IMG/VR virus record: IMGVR_UViG_3300031952_000012
DNA length: 64,000 bases
Direction: 5' to 3' (one strand)
From: an uncultured virus (IMG/VR IMGVR_UViG_3300031952_000012)
Lineage: Duplodnaviria > Heunggongvirae > Uroviricota > Caudoviricetes
The position numbers and the translations under genes were made by a program. Below are positions 24,836 to 33,585 of this stretch, one piece after another; position 1 is the first letter of the stretch; each line of letters opens with the position of its first letter. A model generated the notes under the pieces. That model ran no database searches and was not told the DNA's origin. It worked only from the letters and a program-made list of their open reading frames with translations.

Positions 24836-24841
24836 TTTGCC

Positions 24842-25109
24842 TCACAGCCAAATCTCGATGATCTGAGGTTCGTCAAGAATGTTTCGTTCGATGCGCGCCA
24901 TATTGTGGGGAACGTGTTTATGCAATGCCTCGAGTGTGTCCTCGACGATCACCGTCTTCTCGGGATGAATTTCGTTCGGGGTGATCATAGACAACATAAA
25001 TATCGAGAACGGATTTCACATCGAGTCCTTTCTGACTATTGTAGCGTTCGATAAATTTCACGGCTTGTTGAACGAGTCCTTTAAAATCTGCAAGCCGATA
25101 GTCGGACAT
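24842..25109 (-). pseudogene. Small phage gene split across two frames near 24980
   Basis: Frame 1 reads ...IYVVYDHP; +1 frame reads ...DTLEAL..HVP...RIER...DEPQIIEIWL. Confidence 0.5.
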
Positions 25110-25113
25110 GGAT

Positions 25114-25362
25114 TCACCTTTTCGCTTTCGCGAGATCGAACATCGTCGCCGCCGGACCGAGATACTTCACGAGAGACGCATAGGAGACGTACCAGTGCGA
25201 GCCCACGCGTATCCCTTGCAACTCCTTTTTCCGAATCGCCCTATAAACGTTCGAGATATGTTTGTGAATTCGTCTCGACACTTCCATCGCGGAAAGCCAG
25301 CCCTTCATCTCCATAACGTCTTGCTCTGAGAGCTTTACCGCCGTTGTACTTTTTAGTTTCAT
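25114..25362 (-). CDS. Excisionase/MerR-like HTH DNA-binding protein
   Basis: WLSAMEVS...NVYRAIRKKELQGIRVGSHWYV. Confidence 0.8.
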   Translation of the reverse strand: MKLKSTTAVKLSEQDVMEMKGWLSAMEVSRRIHKHISNVYRAIRKKELQGIRVGSHWYVSYASLVKYLGPAATMFDLAKAKR

Positions 25363-25976
25363 TCCTCACCTCGTAGCACTCGCAGTAAACCATCCGAGAG
25401 TGTGCCTGTTTTACCCGCTGCCTTTTTCAACTTTCGCTTCGCTTCCTTGAAGTCTTCACGAGACTCAAACTCGAGTTCGAGTAAAAAAGGCTTATCGCTC
25501 GTCACGCCATCGGTGGGCGCCTCGATACTCTCGGGAAACTCCTCGAGGTCGACTTCGGTCGAGAGCATCACGTCGAGCTCGTCTGTCGTGAATCCAAGAT
25601 GAGAGAGGTCCTCCATCGACCAATTGGCGCTTTTAAGCTCAAGCATGATCTGCGAGGTCATCGATAGATCAAGCTCGCCGCGAAGGCGGTTCATCCCGAT
25701 CTGTAATGCGTTCATCTCGTCATCGTCTGATTTCACCAGCACCGCTGGGATTTGATCTAGTTTGAGGTCCTGTGCCGCTCGCAGGCGATGATGCCCATCG
25801 ATAACCTGGTACTCATACGGTGTTTCGGCCTCGGAGTGCTGGCGAATGAGAATCGGGCTCAGGAATCCGAAGCGCTCGATCGCTTTCACAAGAAGGCCGT
25901 ACTTCTCAGCCTCCATTCGATTCGGGTTGTTTTTCGCGATTCCAACCGATGCTGGGTCGACTGTCAGCGTGATCAT
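25359..25976 (-). CDS. Second ParB/Srx-like protein
   Basis: NPNRM...IERFGFLSPILIR...VIDGHHRLRAA. Confidence 0.85.
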   Translation of the reverse strand: MITLTVDPASVGIAKNNPNRMEAEKYGLLVKAIERFGFLSPILIRQHSEAETPYEYQVIDGHHRLRAAQDLKLDQIPAVLVKSDDDEMNALQIGMNRLRGELDLSMTSQIMLELKSANWSMEDLSHLGFTTDELDVMLSTEVDLEEFPESIEAPTDGVTSDKPFLLELEFESREDFKEAKRKLKKAAGKTGTLSDGLLRVLRGEE

Positions 25977-26527
25977 AGAAAATCCTTTGCCATGCGTTGG
26001 AGTTCTTCGTTTTCTCGGAGCGCTTTTCTCACGTTGTAAACCTCTCGATACAATTTTTTCAAATCCATATTTTCCTCTCTTGCAATCTCTCGCGGGGTCG
26101 TCTCGAAAAACAGAATTTTCAAGACGATGTCCGCGTGCAGACTTTGTCTTCGCACAACTTTGATCAACTGTGAATGGACGCGCCCGCTACACTCTTTTTT
26201 GAGCAGTGCTTCGAGCGGGTCGAGTTTCAAATCGGGGTAGCTGTCCTCGATATTTTCAATATCTTCTCTTGATACTCCTTTCAGATTTTCGGAGTACCCG
26301 GCACTGACCGGCGAGTTTTCTCTCGAGAGCACGTGCCGAATTTGCCTCGAGATGATCACCTTAAAATAAGATTTTCGAGAGCCCTTAGTCGAGTTGTAAT
26401 TTTTTAAGCTCTCTAAAATTGTCACCCATGCGACTTGTTTAAGAGTCGCAACATCTGCCCAACGAACGCGCCTCTTATAAGAGTGGGTGACTTTGCAAAT
26501 CAGCGTCTCAACCTCATCGAACCGCAT
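25973..26527 (-). CDS. Phage sigma70-family RNA polymerase sigma factor
   Basis: Region 2-like LKQVAWVTILESLKNYNSTKG..SY; region 4 HTH TPREIAREE; start MRFDE. Confidence 0.8.
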   Translation of the reverse strand: MRFDEVETLICKVTHSYKRRVRWADVATLKQVAWVTILESLKNYNSTKGSRKSYFKVIISRQIRHVLSRENSPVSAGYSENLKGVSREDIENIEDSYPDLKLDPLEALLKKECSGRVHSQLIKVVRRQSLHADIVLKILFFETTPREIAREENMDLKKLYREVYNVRKALRENEELQRMAKDFL

Positions 26528-26602
26528 GGTTCCCCCCATGACTGACTGTCGAGTGTAGAACAGTGCTTTTAAATCACTCGAAAAAAATAGTAAACAAAAA
26601 AC

Positions 26603-26631
26603 TTGCACACTTTAAATTTTTAGCTTAGAAC
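26603..26631 (+). promoter_or_regulatory. Possible sigma70 promoter TTGCAC-N17-TAGAAC
   Basis: AT-rich divergent intergenic region with A-tract; -10 imperfect. Confidence 0.4.
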
Positions 26632-26665
26632 GCTCATTCGCTTGCTTTTGGGGAGGTAAGTTGAC

Positions 26666-26878
26666 GTGGGGACGGAAATCAAAAGATATTTAATATCTGA
26701 CGCGCGCATTGATGAGGTCGTCTCGAAAATTGAAGACGCGGGCGATCTAACAACGAAATTCAAATCACTCATAAACGCATCTCAAGAACTGCTCGCATGT
26801 CGCTATGGTGACGGCGAATGCGACGCGGTCGCTCTGATGAAGTTCGATGTAGCGCTCAACGAAATCATCGATGACTAA
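26666..26878 (+). CDS. Small hypothetical protein
   Basis: GGAGG SD before GTG. Confidence 0.65.
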   Translation: MGTEIKRYLISDARIDEVVSKIEDAGDLTTKFKSLINASQELLACRYGDGECDAVALMKFDVALNEIIDD

Positions 26879-26887
26879 GGAGACATC

Positions 26888-27085
26888 ATGGAACCCAAAA
26901 AGAAACCAATTGTGAAATTGTCGACCGGAAGTCCGCACACGACTTCAATCGTGAACTCTTGCATGTGGGCCGCGAACAAAGCGGGTTGGGCTGTCGAAGA
27001 GCAAAGGCGAGTGAGAAATGAAATGCTGATGGGAGACTATGATCACGTGCTACGAACCGCCGCCAAATATTTCGAGGTGAAATAA
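26888..27085 (+). CDS. Small conserved phage protein (GDYDHxL motif)
   Basis: AAGGAG SD; motif MGDYDHVLRT. Confidence 0.75.
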   Translation: MEPKKKPIVKLSTGSPHTTSIVNSCMWAANKAGWAVEEQRRVRNEMLMGDYDHVLRTAAKYFEVK

Positions 27086-27086
27086 A

Positions 27087-27269
27087 ATGAACTGGAGTGA
27101 ATCGCAACTTGAGAACGAGGGGGAGCAAGAGGCATTTCGCAAAATTTTAGAGGTGCTCGACCCGTACGATGTTGCCGCAAGAAAACGAATTCTGTTTTGG
27201 TCCACGCGCCTCGCCGAGTATCTGCCGAAAAAGAGCACACCAATCTGTGAACGCAAATTGAGGGGATAA
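27087..27269 (+). CDS. Small hypothetical protein
   Basis: GAGG SD; tightly packed. Confidence 0.65.
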   Translation: MNWSESQLENEGEQEAFRKILEVLDPYDVAARKRILFWSTRLAEYLPKKSTPICERKLRG

Positions 27270-27270
27270 A

Positions 27271-27615
27271 ATGAGCGACGCAGACTGGAAAAGTTACGAT
27301 TCTTTTGGCGGTAATGCTCAATTGCATCTGCGTGTAGAAGGGATGCAGCATGTATTGGTTGAGCATTTGAATATCTATCACCGACAAGTTGAAGAAAACG
27401 CGTCAAAACTTCTCGAGCAAGTTTTAGCTGAAATTGACTATCCGAGACTGGTCAAACACGAAGTCACAAACATTATCAACGCCGAGATCAAACGCGCGAT
27501 TTCAGAAGCTGTTCGCACAGCGTGTGGAACAATGCCATGGCGAGATATCGTTTCAATTCCTATATCGGAAGCGCTGAAAGAGATTATGAAAGCGATGGAT
27601 AAAAGCACATCATAA
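27271..27615 (+). CDS. Hypothetical protein
   Basis: 114 aa; GAGGGG SD. Confidence 0.7.
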   Translation: MSDADWKSYDSFGGNAQLHLRVEGMQHVLVEHLNIYHRQVEENASKLLEQVLAEIDYPRLVKHEVTNIINAEIKRAISEAVRTACGTMPWRDIVSIPISEALKEIMKAMDKSTS

Positions 27616-27631
27616 ACAAAGAGGGGGGAAG

Positions 27632-27871
27632 ATGAGAACGAAAAAATGCCCATACGGGTCGATGTGTCTTCACGGCAAAACCACAGCGAAAAAAGCGCTT
27701 CTCTCGTTGGCGCACGAATGGCTAACAACCGAGGAAATTGAGGCGGCCCATAAAATGGGAGAAGATCCTACCGTGAGAGAGAGAGACGCATACAAAGAAG
27801 TAAGGCGCTTGGAAGAGGTGATTCGGGTTTCACATGATCGATGGAGTTCTGAAAGGGTGGTGGGCGCATGA
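27632..27871 (+). CDS. Small hypothetical protein
   Basis: GAGGGG SD. Confidence 0.6.
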   Translation: MRTKKCPYGSMCLHGKTTAKKALLSLAHEWLTTEEIEAAHKMGEDPTVRERDAYKEVRRLEEVIRVSHDRWSSERVVGA

Positions 27872-28023
27872 TAAAAATATCTGACGAGAGACTTCCGTTG
27901 TTGCATATCTATCCCGCGAGAACCTACTCGGAGCAAAAGTTAAGAAAAGGTCTTCGAGGAATCATCGCGACTTTACTGGGCGTGATTATTCTGCTCATGC
28001 TGGCATTTAGGAATATGCTATGA
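27868..28023 (+). CDS. 51-aa membrane protein
   Basis: ATGA overlaps at both ends; C-terminal hydrophobic helix. Confidence 0.55.
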   Translation: MIKISDERLPLLHIYPARTYSEQKLRKGLRGIIATLLGVIILLMLAFRNML

Positions 28024-28691
28024 ACCCCATCGTTCTCGGGTTTGATCCGTCGATTTCTAATTTCGGTGTCGTCGCGCTATCTCTCGATCCAATCGAGATT
28101 CTGAAAATTGCGGTGTTCTCGACGAAGCGGACCGATAAGAAAAAGCGCCCTCGCGAATGCGACGACCAAACCCGGAGAACGACCGAACTCGTCATCGGGC
28201 TGCACGACTTCATCGAACGCGTCCGCGAGAATCATCAAATCATCGCCGCCGCCGTCGAAGCGGGTGCTCTGCCCTATATCGGCGGGCACGCGTGTTTCAC
28301 ACCGACCACCGCGTCGGCTCTCGGGCGAGCTCGAGGAATTCTCGACGGGCTGCTCGTCAACATCCCATGCGTCGACTTCACGCCGATGGAGGTTCGCCAG
28401 AAAGTGCTCGGCGAGGTGCCAACCAAAATCAAAGGCGCAAAGCAGCCCGCCAAAACAGCGAAGGAGCGCGAGGCCGAGCGGAAGGCAAAGAAGCTCAAAA
28501 CGCAAGTCAAGATGGAAGAACTTTTCCCGAAGGTGAAGTTGTTGTGGCCAAAACAAGAATCACTCATCGAGCATGCCGCTGACGCCTTGGCGGTTGCCCA
28601 TCTATGTTCGCAGTCTGATTTCGTGCAGCAGGTTCTGAGAGGTATTCAGGGGGGAACCAATGCTAAAAAAATCGACGCCCGACGTTTTTGA
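28020..28691 (+). CDS. ruvC: RuvC-like Holliday junction resolvase
   Basis: VLGFDPS, AVE, LGRARG, TPMEVRQKVLG, AADALAVA. Confidence 0.88.
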   Translation: MNPIVLGFDPSISNFGVVALSLDPIEILKIAVFSTKRTDKKKRPRECDDQTRRTTELVIGLHDFIERVRENHQIIAAAVEAGALPYIGGHACFTPTTASALGRARGILDGLLVNIPCVDFTPMEVRQKVLGEVPTKIKGAKQPAKTAKEREAERKAKKLKTQVKMEELFPKVKLLWPKQESLIEHAADALAVAHLCSQSDFVQQVLRGIQGGTNAKKIDARRF

Positions 28692-28947
28692 AATGATTTT
28701 TTCCGACGAGGAGAATTATGCGCATTTTGTGAGGTCGGCCATCATTTTTCTTGGGATGGTCGGAGCGTCGAATATCGACGAAGCCGCTCACAAACTCGAC
28801 CACATGAAGCGGAAAGTGAACGCCGCCAAGAGCTCGCATTTGAACGATGCCGACGCGGCCGCGCTCATCATGCACCATGCGCTTGAGATTGCCAGAATCG
28901 CCGAGCCGCTCATCAAGTACAAACCGTCAACCGCGATTGCACACTAG
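28660..28947 (+). CDS. Hypothetical protein
   Basis: 95 aa; GGGGGA SD. Confidence 0.6.
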   Translation: MLKKSTPDVFEMIFSDEENYAHFVRSAIIFLGMVGASNIDEAAHKLDHMKRKVNAAKSSHLNDADAAALIMHHALEIARIAEPLIKYKPSTAIAH

Positions 28948-28949
28948 AG

Positions 28950-29165
28950 GTGAATGTGACAAAGGATTATGAGAAGAAGTTTGACAATGACGAGGTTGTG
29001 CGAGTACGCCCGCATGACGGTGAAAAGAGCATATGGGTGGTTGATGTGTACGACGGAAGGGGCGTGTGGCAATCATCCAGTTACGGCCCATGCGACATGA
29101 CAAAAAAAGAGGCTTTCCGAAAGGCCGCCACGATCCGAAAGAGAATGAAAAAGGTTAACAAATGA
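28950..29165 (+). CDS. Small hypothetical protein
   Basis: Packed ORF; GAGG SD. Confidence 0.6.
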   Translation: MNVTKDYEKKFDNDEVVRVRPHDGEKSIWVVDVYDGRGVWQSSSYGPCDMTKKEAFRKAATIRKRMKKVNK

Positions 29166-29187
29166 ACGAACAAGAATTGAAGACAGG

Positions 29188-29523
29188 TTGCACATGAGTG
29201 AGTTTATGAATATGATTTTTCGGTTCTATCACTATGATGCCCTCCATCCACCGGGGTTATCGGGGCACGTATCAAATGACACATCAAAAAGTGACGAATT
29301 AAAAAAGGCGCGCCGACCCGAAGCTATCGCCGTTGAATTACTTCGTCACGTTTTGACTCTTGAGGTGAACTCTTGCCCACTTGGAGATGTCACGGCTCTC
29401 GAAATTGCCATTCTCTGCGCATCGATGATCGATACATGCCCGCTGTGTGGCGCGACCGCGTGGGTTGATAACGATTGTGACTTATGTTCGCTTTGTTGGA
29501 AACTACAAAACCGAGGTGAATGA
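29188..29523 (+). CDS. Hypothetical protein with C-terminal Cys-rich Zn motif
   Basis: CPLC...CDLC; start uncertain. Confidence 0.55.
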   Translation: MHMSEFMNMIFRFYHYDALHPPGLSGHVSNDTSKSDELKKARRPEAIAVELLRHVLTLEVNSCPLGDVTALEIAILCASMIDTCPLCGATAWVDNDCDLCSLCWKLQNRGE

Positions 29524-29930
29524 TGTCGAATAAACTCGAACAAATGATGATGGCGATGGTTGGCGCAACAAACACCACGGGCGAGGCGCTCGGGTTCATG
29601 ACGCAAGGAATGTGCATCCCGCTCGCGGCGACGCCTAAGCTTCTCGAAATCGTCGAGGCGCTCGGCGAGGATGCCGTTGCCGATTGGCTCAACGACAACG
29701 AAGTGCCCGCGCCGAAGGCGGGAGGATTATGGGTCATTGAATGCGTTCTCGAGAATGAAGAGGCGGACGCCTACGATATCGACATTCCATCTTGGAAATG
29801 GCGGCAACCAAGTTCATGGGAAATCGAGTCGTTGAAAATGCGGACGAAAGAAAGGTCGGAAGGAATCGAATCGAATTCTGAAAGAGTCGACGACTTTTCA
29901 CGCTGGGTCTATATCGGAGCGCTCGTATGA
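29520..29930 (+). CDS. Hypothetical acidic protein
   Basis: 136 aa; GAGG SD. Confidence 0.7.
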   Translation: MMSNKLEQMMMAMVGATNTTGEALGFMTQGMCIPLAATPKLLEIVEALGEDAVADWLNDNEVPAPKAGGLWVIECVLENEEADAYDIDIPSWKWRQPSSWEIESLKMRTKERSEGIESNSERVDDFSRWVYIGALV

Positions 29931-30106
29931 AAACGAAAACAACCTGGGGCGATATTGCGATTTTACTGGCAGTCATAACCGTTGTGGCCATGCTCATCAT
30001 CGGCATATGGAAAATCGAACGCGCTGTTAACTACAAGTTCGGGTATGAAAATGACGTAAAGCAAACAATCAGAGATCTCGTCAAACCAGAATGCCTGAAA
30101 CCATAG
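29927..30106 (+). CDS. 59-aa single-pass membrane protein
   Basis: Manual translation MKTKTTWGDIAILLAVITVVAMLIIGIWKIERAVNY...PECLKP. Confidence 0.7.
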   Translation: MKTKTTWGDIAILLAVITVVAMLIIGIWKIERAVNYKFGYENDVKQTIRDLVKPECLKP

Positions 30107-30113
30107 GAGTGCT

Positions 30114-30365
30114 ATGAACCCGATTTGCAAACAATGCGGCAAGCACGAAGTAGAAGATGAACGGGTATGTTATGCAACGCCGGTTTGCTATGCGTGTTTA
30201 CCCCCGCCGTCTCCGCTGCCTGTTTACCGACAAATACCAGTTCTAAAACCAGCGCCGATAAAAACGGATGGGCAAGAAGTTCACTGCCCTATTTGCGAGG
30301 GGGCAATGGTCCGCATAGGCCCAAATTACGTGTCGTTCGCTCACTTCGTCAAAACAAAACCATAA
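30114..30365 (+). CDS. Small Zn-finger protein
   Basis: CKQC, CYAC, CPIC; AGGAG SD. Confidence 0.65.
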   Translation: MNPICKQCGKHEVEDERVCYATPVCYACLPPPSPLPVYRQIPVLKPAPIKTDGQEVHCPICEGAMVRIGPNYVSFAHFVKTKP

Positions 30366-30412
30366 CTCTCATCGTTCAACTCTCGACCATTTTCCCGGCG
30401 GCGGGAGAATGC

Positions 30413-30443
30413 AAAAAAAGGCCCGCCGGGGGAGGCGAGCCTT
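30413..30443 (-). terminator. Intrinsic terminator after the lysis cassette
   Basis: AAGGCTCGCC-loop-GGCGGGCCTT followed by a U-tract. Confidence 0.75.
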
Positions 30444-30492
30444 AGACGATGAGCTCTTCAGAGGTGGTGATAAGCTCGACATTCAATATAGT

Positions 30493-30837
30493 CTATTCAC
30501 TGCTTTCGAGCAAGGGTGCGTTAGCCGACTCGGGAATCATGCCGCAACGAAGCCACGCCTCTCGAGACCACCGAGTCAAACGTTCGAGTTGCTCGACGAC
30601 AATCAACGCATCGTCGACCGTCAAACAGAGCGCGTAGGGCTCGGCGCAACCCGGTTGAGGTTTGCCCGAGATCGAGAAGAGTTTCGTATTGCGGGGCGGC
30701 GCCTCGGTCAGATAAACGCATTCTTTGACGAGGTCGTCATCGTCTTTCGATGTCGTCGGTTGCGCCGCTCGCCAACAACCTGTGGAGCCGATTGCGAATA
30801 GAAGCGGGATCGCGACACTGCCCAATGTCTTTTTCAA
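30493..30837 (-). CDS. Putative o-spanin (Rz1-like lipoprotein)
   Basis: Basic N-terminus, hydrophobic stretch, STG-C lipobox-like; overlaps the 3' end of the i-spanin gene. Confidence 0.7.
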   Translation of the reverse strand: MKKTLGSVAIPLLFAIGSTGCWRAAQPTTSKDDDDLVKECVYLTEAPPRNTKLFSISGKPQPGCAEPYALCLTVDDALIVVEQLERLTRWSREAWLRCGMIPESANAPLLESSE

Positions 30838-31099
30838 GATTGGAAATCTCCTGTCGATAGTTGGAAATCACTGCCTCTAAACGCCCCAAGGTTTGCGCAT
30901 ATGCGTTTTTCTCCTCGATGAGTCTCGCGCAAGTCTGTTGCAAGTTCACATCGAGACCCGCCGTCTTCTCGACCTGTAACTGCAAATCTTTTGTGAGTTT
31001 GGCGTTCTCGGTCTCTGACACACGAAGCACCAAACTCACAATGATGTTTGCGAGCGAGATAATCAAAATGACCCCAACCGCTATCAACCAGCCAATCAT
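30737..31099 (-). CDS. Putative i-spanin (Rz-like)
   Basis: N-terminal TM helix plus coiled coil. Confidence 0.75.
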   Translation of the reverse strand: MIGWLIAVGVILIISLANIIVSLVLRVSETENAKLTKDLQLQVEKTAGLDVNLQQTCARLIEEKNAYAQTLGRLEAVISNYRQEISNLEKDIGQCRDPASIRNRLHRLLASGATDDIERR

Positions 31100-31665
31100 T
31101 TTGTCTTCTCTTTCTCGCCGCCGATTTTTGCCCAGAGGTCATCGCCGAGTAGTTTCTTGACGACGGTCCAGCCGCCCGCCGCTGTAAGCCCGAGAAGCAA
31201 ACCATCCCAAATGAGACCCGTCGAGAACTTCCCGCTCGCTGCAAGCCCGGTTGCTATCACGCCAAAGACGCCGGTTAGAATGGCGAGAATCGCGCCGCCT
31301 CGAGGAGATTTCAAAAAGTCGCCGACCTTGGGAATGAGCACGCCGTACTTGCGAGCCGCCCAAACGATTCCGATGACGAGAAGCACCGCAAGCAGTTTCC
31401 AGTTTCCATTCTTGGCGGCGTCCTTGAAGAGCTTGACAAACCCGATAAAGTCGCTCTCGGGGTCGGGAACGGTCGAGGTGACAACGGTTGTCAGTTTGTC
31501 GATTGTCGGTTCGGTAGAGAGCGCGAGAGTCGATGAAGCCGAGAGCGGGGGGAATGCTGGCGCGGTCGACGTGACGCCCGTGGTCATCGCAGGTTTGACG
31601 GGTTCCGCTGCGGTTGCAATAGAAGCGAAAAATACGAGTGCCAGGATAATAACGATCCGATTCAT
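31096..31665 (-). CDS. Multi-pass membrane protein with signal peptide (holin-like)
   Basis: Start MNRIV; signal-like N-terminus, about 3 TM helices; in lysis cassette. Confidence 0.65.
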   Translation of the reverse strand: MNRIVIILALVFFASIATAAEPVKPAMTTGVTSTAPAFPPLSASSTLALSTEPTIDKLTTVVTSTVPDPESDFIGFVKLFKDAAKNGNWKLLAVLLVIGIVWAARKYGVLIPKVGDFLKSPRGGAILAILTGVFGVIATGLAASGKFSTGLIWDGLLLGLTAAGGWTVVKKLLGDDLWAKIGGEKEKTK

Positions 31666-31685
31666 TTGATTTCCCCTCTTGAGGT

Positions 31686-31955
31686 TTAGCGACCTGTTTT
31701 TGAAACGCGGTAGATCGAATACCAAATCATCGAGCCAAGTACAATCGCAACGAAATTGAACCATTCGGTTTGCGCTCGAAGGAATGGAAAAAATCCTCGA
31801 AGGCCGAGCGTCGCCCAGCCAAGTGCCATGAATGCGAGCATCAAAGAAACGAGTTTTCGGTAGGTGAAATACCTGCGCACGAAAAAAATTGAGACACTGA
31901 GCCAAATCAAAATGACAGCGACATCAAGAATCTGTCCGACGCAGTGTGGGGTCAA
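31686..31955 (-). CDS. Small 3-TM membrane protein (holin candidate)
   Basis: Three hydrophobic helices, basic C-terminus; start uncertain. Confidence 0.55.
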   Translation of the reverse strand: MTPHCVGQILDVAVILIWLSVSIFFVRRYFTYRKLVSLMLAFMALGWATLGLRGFFPFLRAQTEWFNFVAIVLGSMIWYSIYRVSKTGR

Positions 31956-32089
31956 GTTCTGCCTCCCATGTGAAGTCGTCTATTTTGATTTCACGGCTCT
32001 CAATTTTCTCGATTGTTTTATCGAGATCTTTATTGACCGTCTTGAGAATCGACGGCATCAACTTCGACATTAGTTGAACCCATTCTTTT

Positions 32090-32371
32090 TTAAATCTCAG
32101 GGTCATTAACGCCATCCGAAATATTTTTATCCTTCGCAGCGGGTAAATCTTTTTTTGAGTTTCGTCGTTGCTGCTCGGAGACTCGCTGCAAAAGTTTGGT
32201 AAGTTTCTCGGCCACGGGTATGATTTGCACAGTAATCGCATGCTTTTCGTTTTCCGCCTTACGATAGGCCCTCCACAGAATAACAATTGCTGCCAACGCA
32301 AATACAAGAAACGCATATTCTGGACGATCCGCCAAGAACTCTTTAAGAATTTTCATTGCGGCAAGGTCCAA
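32090..32371 (-). CDS. Single-TM protein (holin/antiholin candidate)
   Basis: One TM helix; directly downstream of the endolysin. Confidence 0.6.
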   Translation of the reverse strand: MDLAAMKILKEFLADRPEYAFLVFALAAIVILWRAYRKAENEKHAITVQIIPVAEKLTKLLQRVSEQQRRNSKKDLPAAKDKNISDGVNDPEI

Positions 32372-32381
32372 TGTGCGAGCC

Positions 32382-33074
32382 TCAAGTTTGGAAAATTTCG
32401 GCTATCAAACTCGGTAAAATCTTCTCGGACCAAAGTGGTCCCGGATCTTCTTTTCTCTCGGGGTCAAACTTGGAATGTTCCAAAATGCAAACTTCCGGTT
32501 TCCATTTGAATCGATTCACGAGCACCGCCAAAATGAGTTTTGCTGACTCAATTTGTTTCGCTGTGTAGTTATCAAAATAAACGCCCCCGTGCATGATCGC
32601 CCGCTCCATTTGAATCTCGAGTGAGGGATCCATCAAGCGTTTTTTCTCTGCAACAGTTGGGTTGACGTAGAACGGCCAGCAATAAAATTTCGAGTCAACC
32701 TTCAGCAATCGACCTGCATTCTCGAGCTCGATTCCAATCGTGACGCGATTGATGCTCGCCCAGCGTTGGCTTCCTATCGTGCCCGGTCGCCCCACGTGCC
32801 ACGTGCCGACGTGAAAAGAAGCGCTCTGATAGATTGTGCCATCCTTGGCGATGAGCGCATTCCACGAGGCCGCGCGGTCCTTTTGCGGGTTGTAGTTGGC
32901 GATGCTGCGCGAGAGATTCTCGGAAAATTTTGAATTGCCTTTTCCGCCCGTCCAATGCCACACAACACCAATCGGGTAAATCGTCGCCAGCGAGCTCGTG
33001 CGGACTGTCGTATAGCGAACAATTGTCGGGTCGGAGTCGTTTGGAACGAGCCAACCGTGTGTGTCTAAAATCAT
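32382..33074 (-). CDS. Endolysin, N-acetylmuramoyl-L-alanine amidase (Amidase_2)
   Basis: VVWHWT, WHVG, IGIELEN, H...RKEDPG. Confidence 0.9.
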   Translation of the reverse strand: MILDTHGWLVPNDSDPTIVRYTTVRTSSLATIYPIGVVWHWTGGKGNSKFSENLSRSIANYNPQKDRAASWNALIAKDGTIYQSASFHVGTWHVGRPGTIGSQRWASINRVTIGIELENAGRLLKVDSKFYCWPFYVNPTVAEKKRLMDPSLEIQMERAIMHGGVYFDNYTAKQIESAKLILAVLVNRFKWKPEVCILEHSKFDPERKEDPGPLWSEKILPSLIAEIFQT

Positions 33075-33086
33075 GCGTCAACTCTA

Positions 33087-33485
33087 TCACGGAGCGGAGG
33101 TTGCCGCCGCCTCGAGAACCAACGTCGAGAGAGGAATGATCGCATCGCGGGCGCTCGCATAGGTGAGCCAAACATCATAAACGTAGCGACCCGGCGTCAT
33201 GTTTTTGGTATCGGCGGGGAGCAATGCGAACGTTGCAACGGTTCCGCTTTTCGACGCTGTTTTCTGAATGGGAGGCGGCTGGTCGGCGGGCTTCTTTTTT
33301 ATCGTCCACAAGAGCGAGGTTGTCGGGTCGTTGAAGTCGATGAACGTTCCGCCGGGAGTCTGCACCTTCACTTCTAGTGTTACGTTTGCGCCTTGTTGAA
33401 TCGTGACAGTGTTTCGCGGATTGTTCGGGACGCCAGCGCGTTTTGGGGTGCCATCCTCGAGGACGCCGACAAGAGAGATTTTCAT
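33087..33485 (-). CDS. BppU-like beta-sandwich virion protein
   Basis: IQQGA..., LLPADT..MTPGRYVYDV. Confidence 0.6.
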   Translation of the reverse strand: MKISLVGVLEDGTPKRAGVPNNPRNTVTIQQGANVTLEVKVQTPGGTFIDFNDPTTSLLWTIKKKPADQPPPIQKTASKSGTVATFALLPADTKNMTPGRYVYDVWLTYASARDAIIPLSTLVLEAAATSAP

Positions 33486-33585
33486 TTTTGACCCCCGAGA
33501 AAATGAGCTCGATCTTCTCGCCGACTCCCCTTCGATCGAGCTCTGATGATTTACCGCACCGCGACGCGAGTTTAAAGGTGGCCGT

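Noticed and set aside
23945..25054. 369-aa plus-strand ORF and other long antisense or alternate-frame ORFs (e.g. 33572..34435, 13192..13854)
   Set aside because: Shadow frames of clearly identifiable genes, with no motifs of their own
25114..25362. Evidence for a temperate lifestyle from the excisionase-like HTH
   Set aside because: The fold is common among regulators; no integrase, repressor or att site is seen in the window
33505..33543. Inverted repeat GAGCTCGATC/GATCGAGCTC as a novel RNA
   Set aside because: A single hairpin followed by ATTTTCT on the minus strand; most simply a weak terminator or stabiliser
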